Of a stretch of 64,000 bases of DNA, positions 54,301 through 64,000 are shown piece after piece. Each line of letters begins with the position of its first letter. Position 1 is the first letter of the stretch. Both the position numbers and the translations under genes were made by a program. This DNA is from the human T2T-CHM13v2.0 reference genome, Homo sapiens, in assembly GCF_009914755.1 (NCBI RefSeq), contig NC_060941.1; one strand, given 5' to 3'. The notes beneath the pieces were generated by a model. That model did no database searches, was not told the origin of the DNA, and saw nothing but the letters and a program-made list of their open reading frames with translations.

Positions 54301-55771
54301 TAAGCTAAACATTTCCTCATCATATGGAAAAAGAAGAAAGCATCAGTAATCCTCTTTGGGCTGAACAAAAATTCATAAATATTTATATATTTTAAAATAT
54401 GATACTGTTTCAAATATTACTAGGGCAATAAATCATATAGAGAGATTCAACCAGTCAGAATTAGACTTTTAAAGAATTACTCTCAAAGGCTGAAATAACT
54501 CCAAAGACCAGGGAGTTTACTAAGAACATTTACAAAGATAGCTTTTTGGTGCTGAGCTGTATCTCATTTAATGCAGCCAGAAAGAAAGAAGAAATATTTT
54601 TCTCCTTATTTTGCTGATCTGTCAGATTTTGCTCAAGTTAGAAGAGCCTACAATTTCAAGGCTAGACAACTGGAATTCCATGAGTTAACACAAATAGGAG
54701 AAAGACTGGCAGAAAAGTTCAAAACTTACAATATGGAGGGAAATCAGCCAAATAGGATTACTTATAAATGGAATATTGGGCATGTGGTTTCTTAATTTTC
54801 ATTAGTTATGCAAATATTTTATTGTTAGTATTTAGATTAGTGTTTTAGAATGTTTTGTAGAGACTGAAAAGCAAATAAGTAATTGCATTAGCATTGTTAA
54901 GTATCAGTGTTTTTAGTTTGATGAATGATCATACAGCTGTGTTCTCAGGCTGCAATAACAAAACACTAGAGACTGGATGGCTGAACCAACAGAAATTTAT
55001 TTCTCACAGTCTGGGGGCTGGAAGTCGAAGACATAGGTGCCAGCAGGGTGGGGGGGGGGGTTCATTGTGAGGCTTCTCCTCTTGGCTTGTAGGTGGCTGC
55101 CATCTCTCTGTGTGCTCCCATGCCCTCTTGTTTGTGTGCACAGGGAGGAAGGGAACAAGCTCTCTGGGGTCTCTCCCTATAAGGACACCAGTCTTAGCAG
55201 ATCAGATTCTCCACTGTGACTTCGTGTAACCTTAATTACTTCCTTAGCAGCCCCAGCTCCACAGTGAAGGTTGGGGCTTCAACATGGGAATTTAGGGGTG
55301 AGGATGGGACACAAACATTCAGTCCATAACAATGGCCCACCAAACTATGAAAGCAAATAGAAAAAAAAATCACAGTTCAAGAATGACATAAAACTTAAGT
55401 AGTTATGCTATAGAGTAATGCATACAGCTACGCTGAGATGTTACAATGTAACAACATAAACTCACTGCATTTTTTTTCTTCTTCTTCTTTTTGAGACAGT
55501 CTCACTCTGTTGCCCAGGCTGGAGTACAGTGACATGATCTCAGCTCACTGCAACCTCTGCCTCCAGGATTCAAGTGATTCTCATGCTTCAGCCTCCCAAG
55601 TAGCTGGGATACAGGCATGCACCACCATGCCCTGCTAATTTTTGTATTTTTAGTAGAGATGGGGTTTCTCCATGTTGGCCAGGCTGGTCTTGAACTCCTG
55701 ACCTCAGGTGATCCACCTGCCTCAGCCTCCCAAACAGCTGGGATTACAGGTGTGAGCCACCGTGCCTGGCC
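51330..55771. mobile_element. Repeats in the SLFN13 3' region: Alus at ~51330-51577(-), ~51763-51921(-), ~53195-53432(-), ~53956-54122(+) and ~55470-55771(-); MLT1 at ~54937-55331
   Basis: Alu and MLT1 consensus motifs. Confidence 0.8.
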
Positions 55772-56589
55772 AACGCTCATTGATTTTTAAAGAAAATCTT
55801 TCCCAAGTTTGTTCACCGTACATCTGATACACACTTTCAGAACCAGATTTGGGTTTCTAATATTAACTTCTACTGAAAGCCAGCATTTTCTCTTGGCCTA
55901 TAATTTCTCTGTAAAGGTACCATTAATGTTCACTATTACAATTAAGCCTTGGTCTGGGTTATTCTGATAACAAACTCTGGAGATCACAATTTTAAGGATT
56001 AAATAATCATAACAATATTGTTTGTTCTGCCGAAATGATTAATCTGACAGTGACTGAATTATCTTGGGACTCTCCCAAGCCCTAAATGAATACAGCAAAG
56101 ATAAATTCAGGAAACAACTGCTTCTCCTATGGCCTGTAAGCTCCTAACAGACCATGCTTCTGCAGAAAACAATTCTGGACAAATTTTTTAAAGCAACAAA
56201 CTACACGAAGTCACATAAAAGAACTCGAGAACTCCAGCCTTGGAAGAAAGGCCACAGGCTGAGTTTCTTATTTTTATGGCTTTTACCCAGAGAGCAAGAC
56301 ACAGGTCTGCATTGTGCAGCACAGCTAAAGTTCCTTTAGAAAACCACCATCTTTCTGGCTGCAAGAGTCAGGGGTCAGAATGGGGGGCAGCCACCACTGC
56401 TGAAAAGAGTTGGGGGAGGAACCCCTGAAAGGAGAGCCAGAAATGGGGGAGCTCCAAACTCTTTGTGTCAGCTCTGTCCAAATCTCTAACTGACTTGTGA
56501 ACTAAAAAGAAAGGTTTCTACCATCAGCAGACTGTCACCCATAGACATTTACACAGTATTTTGGTTTGGAGTTCTTCCTAATAGTCACT

Positions 56590-57361
56590 TCACAGAAAAA
56601 TATATAGGTGCTGTTTTGCCCTGGAAGCCAGACAGATCAGAATATTGGGTAAGATAGCTGGGTCAGCTGTCCTTGGATGGATCCCAAACACTATGCTCCT
56701 TTCCAGGCCTGAGAATCGCCGGACACTGTCCAACACAATGTGCACACCCAACATATCACATGCATCACTGAGCTGCACCACCATTTTCTTCCTCATTGCT
56801 TTCAAGAGCTTAGACTGATACTGCTCCACTTCTGTCACGGTGCTGACAAGCACAGCAACATCCTTTGGAGAATAGCCCCTTTCAAAGAAGCACCTGCAGG
56901 TGTCTGCCACATAGGTCACTATTTGCTCCAAAGTAAAGTTTTTAATAATCTTTGTGTTGCCTGGAACACCTGGAACCCATTTAGCTTCACTGAGAATTGC
57001 CAGATACCCATGGGGGATATTAATTGGAGGATTTTCTATAATTAGTTGCATTTCTTGTTGTATGTACTCGGCTATTTCATCTGCATTGCGAACTACTCTG
57101 GTGAGCTCTTCTCTTGGATACTGTGCTGAGAGAGGGGGAAGGCCACTGTGACCCAAGTGACTGGTCTGAAAGTAGTCCAGAAAGATCCAGAGAACTCCTG
57201 GACAATCCTTTTCTCTCTGAGTGATGGTTTTTGCCTTCCTATACCAGTCCCCATCTTCAGTACGGAAATTCTGAGCTTCGTCAATGACGATGTGTTGAAT
57301 GTGTTCAAATTTTTCTCTTAGGAAAGTTTCCCGGGTCTCTGCTCGGCAGATATTTCTATCA
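56590..57361 (-). CDS. SLFN13: SLFN13 last coding exon (helicase: Walker B DEAQN; SVRRFSGLE; ASRA)
   Basis: TTACAG acceptor; exons sum to 1066+132+724+772=2694 nt = 897 aa + stop. Confidence 0.97.
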
Positions 57362-57557
57362 CTGTAAAAATTAAAAGAATACACTCAGGTTTTCTCTAAG
57401 AAAACAAGGGGAGAAAATGATTGTATCATGTTCCTCCGAGCACAGTATATTGCCACAGATCATTTTACCACTCAATTCTCAAGGAAGAAGGTGACTTAGC
57501 AGAAAAAATTAAACCCAGATTAAATAAAACTTAAAGACGTAAGATCCAACTGCTTAC

Positions 57558-58281
57558 CTGATAAAGTTCCTCAGAGGCTGGTTTTCACAAACGTAGAGAA
57601 TTCTGTGTGCCTCACAGTGAAACACATTCCTGATCTTCTCCATGATCTTCATGGCCATGATGGTCTTCCCTGAGCCAGGTAAGCCGTGGACAAACAACTC
57701 TCTGTTCTTGCGGAGGCTTCTGGAGAATATCTCATACTGCTGGGCTGTGAGCAGATTTAAAACCTCACAGCCGAGCTGGTCACTCAAGAGAGACCTGAAG
57801 CCGAGTAAGACAATCACGAGGGACTGCAGCAGGGCTTCCATGTGCTGGGTGCCTGCAAGGCTATAGGACGCAGGGTAATCCATCGGAGACACTGCAGCCT
57901 CCAAGGCCTCTGCGCTGCTCTCAGGACTCAGGCAGAGGACCTTGGCCCTGACACACACCTTCCCGGTGTAGCCCCCCATGTTCACTAGCTTCTGCTTCAA
58001 AGTAAAGGCGGTGCGAGTGCAGTAGTCCTGGCCCTCTGCATCCTGCTCCCTGAGAATGGTGTAGAGAATGGGGGTGCTGTTCTGTGCTATCAGCAGAGCA
58101 TCACAGATGACTCCTGGCTTCTCCTGCAAGTTCAGGTCCACAGCCCAGCTTCTAGAGAGGATCACAATTCCCTGGGAGAAAGGTCGCATTTGCTTGTGTA
58201 TTAACTCCTTTAGTCCTTCATGCTGTAAAGACAGCTCCTTCCAGAGGGACTCTGGAGTACATTCCAAATGTCCTGGTGGAA
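57558..58281 (-). CDS. SLFN13: SLFN13 coding exon 3 (SWAVDL, Walker A GLPGSGKT)
   Basis: CTAG acceptor, AG|GTAAG donor, open frame. Confidence 0.97.
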
Positions 58282-58355
58282 CTAGACAGGAAGAAAATAG
58301 AAAGATGTTTTCACTGTGTTTATGTGATTTTGTATGAATCACATGTTACATTTAA

Positions 58356-58739
<384 letters not shown>

Positions 58740-59436
58740 GTGCATATCTCTTTAACCCACAACCTACAAATCTGGTAAAATGAATGATGTCACCCTTCTA
58801 TGTATCTCATGGACAGTGGAGCATGTCAACTGAAATGCAATTTACTGAGCCTGAGAAAGTGAAAGCCATGTATTCAATTACTCTTGCACCTTGGATTCTT
58901 AATGTGGAATGTTTAAAAACTTTTCTGATAAGCTAATGACTATAAAGCTCTCAGGTAAGTAAAGAAACTATTTGGTGGTAAACAGACCTAAGGAAGGCCT
59001 AATATATGAATTACCTTGCCCTTCATAAATGTTTGGACATACGTAGGATATTTGTGTATCATATTCTTTTGTCAAATCTCATACTTAATATGTTCAATGT
59101 ATGAAGTTAAGCCATTTCCCTCCTTGAAAAATCTAGGTTTCATTTTGTAAGTAGGAACTCCGAGAAAAAAACCTTGCTAAAAAATGTTTGGGCAGCAGGG
59201 AGAGGGGTTACATAACATTGTCTATGGGCTTGAATTATTATTTGGTGCCACCTTTGAAGCATTAGCGAGTCGTTCCCTCTAGCCTCTTCCAAAGAGAAAT
59301 TATTTGTGGTTTTTCTATATTCTTATATTCTACCAGGTGAATGTTTTTATTCCTTTTACAGACATAATTCCTCCATCCTTGAAAAGTAGACCAGAAGTGG
59401 CTAGTTATTCCATTGTTCCCCTTGTAGTTGTACTAG

Positions 59437-59625
59437 ATCACTGGTTTCCAAACCCAGCAGGGCATCAGAATAATTTGGGAAGCTTGCCCAAATGCATATG
59501 GCTAGGCCTTTCCCCTGGAAATTAAGCGTTCATAAGTTCTTGGTGTGGGCCTGGAGATCTGCATGTTTAACTACCTTCCATGGCATTTCTAATAATCAGC
59601 CAGATGTGGCAACCAATGGGCCAGA
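59437..59625. mobile_element. MER5A-like hAT remnant
   Basis: CATCAGAATAATTTGGGAAGCTT...GGGCCTGGAGATCTGCATGTTTAAC. Confidence 0.55.
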
Positions 59626-59783
59626 TGATTTCTAAAGGCACCTGAAACTCATCCCCAAGAGGCTTGTGGCATTGTCACTGTGTACACCTGGATCTGCAGG
59701 ACACAATCTTTCATGGATTTGTTTTCCACGAAATGTATTAAATGACTTCCTTCTCTCCTGATGTAAAAACTGGCAGTCAGTAC

Positions 59784-59915
59784 CTGGAAATAAATGTTGT
59801 TGTAGATCAGCTTTGTGTTCCAGACCTTTCTTAGAATACACTGGTCTGCAAAGTGAAGGACTGTCAGATAGACTCAACTGAGACTCAAAGGCCTCAGCAA
59901 AGTCTGGAGGAAACT
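59784..59915 (-). CDS. SLFN13: SLFN13 coding exon 2 (132 nt)
   Basis: AG/GT flanked; [20 protein letters not shown]...QQHLFP. Confidence 0.95.
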
Positions 59916-60609
59916 CTGAAAGAAAGAACATTTTAATTTACACTATATGATTTCATGTCTCGCTATTGGAATAGGCTGTACAAGGCTGTGTCTAAATTTC
60001 ATCTAACATGGTACAAGTCAGGCCACAAAGTCAGATGCTTTACCCTTTCTTGACTCTATGTCCAGGTTCCCAAAGATTCATCATTAAAAGCCCTTTTTCT
60101 GATCCTTGAATGGTGTTTCCCCATGCAATATAATGCCCCCTCTTCCATGTTTGAATAGTTCTTTGCTTGAATTGCAGTGGAAAAAAACTCTCTTTAAGTT
60201 ATAATCATCAGGTTTTTATATCCCTGTGCACGCACCTCCACTAACCTCAACTTAAACAAACCTCAACCAACACTAGCTCTTGTCTCCCAGAGTTGATTTT
60301 ATGCTAATCTGAGGTACAAGCTAATCACTATTATGAGGCTCCAACAGATTCCAATTCAATGGTTTTATTAAAGGAACCAATTTCCAAGGTTTTTCCTTTG
60401 CTTCTTCTTTTGTGGGAAATCACCATTCACAAAATATCTCATTTTGGCTTTTTCTCACCCAATAAAACTTCCCATCTATGAAAAGCATGGAGATTTAGAG
60501 AAAGTAAATTTCAGTGGGTGTGAGAAGGTCAAGCTTAGAGAATAAAGAAGGAAGTGGTATTGGGGAAGAGGTAGAAAGGTCAGGAAGGGAGAATCTGGTT
60601 CCCTCTTAC

Positions 60610-61675
60610 CTGGATCTGCGTCCATCATTTTCTCTACCCATTCCTCAGTTGTCAAGGGGCGGATGTACTTCTCCCTCACCATCCATGACTTGGGAGCTTC
60701 CGAGAACACCACACAACAGAATGCCTTCACTTTAATCACACAGAGATAGCCATACAACTCTTTCCCACAAAACACTTCTACGATTTTGGTGCTGTACTCT
60801 ACCCGAGGTTTTGAAGAGCAAAAATGAACAATGGGCAACTTAGAAATTGCTCTTGCAATTACATTTTTCAAAGAGTCAGGGTCAACCTGTTCTTTGGCAC
60901 ATCCCAGGACTTTCCTACTCTTATCATCCACTCCAATAAAAAGATAGCCTCCCTCAGTGTTTGCAAATGCAGAGATGTACTCTGGAATTATATTTTCTAC
61001 ATATTGTTGGATATGTTTTGTAGAGAACTGTTTAAACTCTATGGATGGAGACTCAGGAAAAGATAGGATTTCACCATATTCAATAGTGTCAGTTTGGAAA
61101 ACTTCATATGCAGGATTTGACTCAGATATGTTCTGGTATACAGCTTTCATAATTTTACTAGGTGGAGACCCTTCATTAATCAGATTATATTTGGACTGTC
61201 TTTCCTTGGTCTTCAGGAAATCGAATGCCTGTCTTGAATTCATGTGAAGCACAGAGGTGCCAGATCTACAGTATAATGAAGAACTAAGGCTGCAAATGCG
61301 GGAATTGAAAGAACCATCTTTAAGGAAAGGATCACCACTCCAAGATTTAACAAAAATATAAAAACACCTTCCGTGTTGCTTAGTCTCAAAGAAAGCCTGC
61401 AAATATGGATACTGAATAAGCTTTCTCAAGGATTCTTCTAAATCCAGTCCCATCTCTGTGGGACGCTCATCCCTGTTGGCCATTTCCATCTGAATCACTC
61501 CTCCTCCTGAGTTTAATAAAGCACACGCGGCCCGTATAACTCTCGCCCTCTCTTGGTCTCTCTGAGTTTTCTGTAGCTTTTTTCTGTTTTCTTCTCCCAG
61601 AGTCACTTCTCCGACATCGATGACCAGGTCTGGGTAAGATGGATACACACCCAGGGAGCAGTGATTTGCCTCCAT
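60610..61675 (-). CDS. SLFN13: SLFN13 first coding exon (Schlafen RNase core); acceptor at 61688
   Basis: [22 protein letters not shown]..., [20 protein letters not shown]...FCC; donor CAG|GTAAG. Confidence 0.98.
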
Positions 61676-63262
61676 GTTGAACTTGCACCTTAAAGTATTA
61701 GAATATTTGTTTCATTTTTGATTAAAAAATTGTTACAGGCCTGCAATTCATTTATTAGAAAATATTTAAAACGTGTCTAATATGTGCTGGGATAAGACAA
61801 TAGCAAGAAAGACAGGTATAGTCTCTTTAGGAGCTGACTGGCTGGCAGGGAAGGGAACTAATGAAATTAGCCTTTACCATCATCTGTGACATGGGCTCTA
61901 AGAGGGAAAACACATTGAATAGGGTATCTGAACGAATCTGGAGACCATGGTTCCATAAGACTTCCAGGAGTAGGTTCCATTTAGGCCAAGACTTAAAAGA
62001 TGCACTAGAACTGGCCAGGTGAAATCATTAGCATTGAAACACAGAAGTAGTGGATCAGCTGAGGGGCATGTGTACCATGGCATGAGAACATCTAGGTTTG
62101 GAACAGATTCTCCATGAACATCAACTTTAGAAGATAAGTAAAAGAAGACCACATTGAAAAGGAGACTGTAGAAAAGTCTGAGTATGAAAAATCAAAGAAG
62201 TAAGAGAAAAATCAAGGGTATTTGGTATTAACAAAGCCTGGAACAAAGTCACCTGCCAAGGTTTTAAGATGTCTAATACTGCTGACAGATACAGCTAGGT
62301 AATGACTGGAAAGTGTTACTAAACCTAAGTTTAGTAAAATTAAGGTTAACTGTGACTTTGAAAAATGCTCTTCAGACACCTGGGAAATGGGCATCAGGAG
62401 GCAATAAACCAGGGGCTAAGGTCTTGGAGAACAGAGTCAATGAAGATGGCTTGAATTCCAGTTCTGCCATTTAGTACTGTTATATTAGTCTAGATATTTA
62501 CTCTTTCTAACTCTATTTTCTTACTATAAAACATGGTGCAGCCACCTGTGACTGTTATTATGAAGATTAACTCAGATAGTTTACAACAAGCATTTAAAAC
62601 TATGCTTTGGTTCACAGGTGTTCAGCAAAGGAACCTATATTAATTGACATTATTTTACAATGGGTTGAGGAATGAATGAGAGGTAAGGAAGTAGCATCAT
62701 CAAGTGTACACCTGCTGTCTTCTTACACCAAAATCAGTCCTGAAGTACCTGTAGGCAGAAACATGTTTAGAGAGAGGCAGCAGAGTTCAGAGGTCAAGAT
62801 TCAGAAATAAAGGCTGGGACATTCACAATCTTACCAGTTTGCCTAATTTAGACCCTTGCCTAGAAATTTCTACCGTCAGGATTCTGTCTTGCATTCCGAG
62901 ACCACTGAAACATCTTTGTCAAGTTACCTGTAAAATATTCTTTTTGATATATGGGGACTTCAAAGTTAAATCTTTTCTCTTTACCCCCATGAACTTTATT
63001 GTTAAAGCCTAGATAAGCTGATAGTTTTTCATTGGTAACTGTATTCAAATGGCAACCCCACCCATATCTTTTGCAGGCAGAAAAGTCTTAGGGAGCTCTA
63101 TCCCAGCTCTTCCTTTGGGTATAAAGGTATTATAGTCAGTGCTACTTGCAGATTCTTTGTAAGGTAGAGATATTGTTTCCTAAATAAAATTGAAACCCTA
63201 AATAAAACTGAACTATTCAATAACAAATTGAGAATTCAGGTGAAAAAAATCAGGAAGCTTAC

Positions 63263-63409
63263 CAATATATTTAACAAAAGCAACTGATTCTGTTGTATTT
63301 ACAGAATAACTTTGCTAGAATTCCTTTCTTAATGTAACCAGACTTCCCACCAGCACAGTGAATGCCCACCGCCTGCTGTCTTCTTCCACCAAAATCAGTC
63401 CTGAAAGAC
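63263..63409 (-). other. SLFN13: Probable SLFN13 5' non-coding exon (acceptor uncertain, 63400 or 63409)
   Basis: TTG|GTAAGC donor at 63262; two candidate CAG acceptors. Confidence 0.45.
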
Positions 63410-64000
63410 CTGTATGCAGAAACATGTAGAGAGAGGCAGTAGAGTTCAGGGGTCAAGATTCAGACTTCTTTGAACCCCCCCTACACATGCATGGGAATAA
63501 TTAGAGATAATTCTTGCCCTTGCTTCTCTGTGGAAATTGATGGAAACAGTTTCGCCTCCTACACAGGTATACTGTAGGTAAAATCAGAACAACACAAATC
63601 CTCCCATCCACTCCCAAGCCCCCCACCCCACTGAGGAAAACTGGTGGGGACTGGCTAGTCTCAGGCAGAAACAGAAGGAAACAGCTGCGACAGAGGCTCC
63701 CTCTTGGGAAAATAAAACACAGAGCTCTTTGTCCTTCTCAGATAGCAGCTCTGTATTTTACAGACGTTGGGAGGGAGACATTTTTCTCATTTCTCCCCTT
63801 TCTAGATTGCAGGGTAATCAGGATAATGGGTACAGGGTAATGGCAATTCTAATTCTGTTTTGTTGTTTTGTTTTGTTTTGTTTTGTTTTTGTTTTGATAC
63901 AATGTCTTCCTGTGTTGTCCAGGCTGGAGGGCAGTGGCGCCATCACAGGCTCAGGCGATTTTTGCCTCAGCCTCCGGAGAAGCTGGAACCACAGGTGCGC

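Overview
Primate (almost certainly human) genomic DNA from the Schlafen cluster (17q12 by gene content). Both complete coding sequences lie on the minus strand: SLFN13 (4 coding exons, 897 aa) and SLFN12 (3 coding exons, 578 aa). The rest is repeat-rich: a full-length but dead L1PA2/3 nested in a solo LTR, older L1s, about 20 Alus, MaLR/LTR2 LTRs, and a MER51-type provirus that appears to supply a first exon for SLFN12. Two retrocopies are present: a DTWD2 processed pseudogene and a retrocopy of the lncRNA NORAD. The most striking unexplained structure is a fossil of the Schlafen helicase domain around and downstream of the SLFN12 stop codon. It includes a degenerate Walker A, a mutated splice donor, an intron that now carries a poly(A) signal, and a Walker B exon, recording how SLFN12 lost its helicase. 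Gene, repeat and variant names come from recalled sequences, not from a database search; repeat boundaries are approximate.
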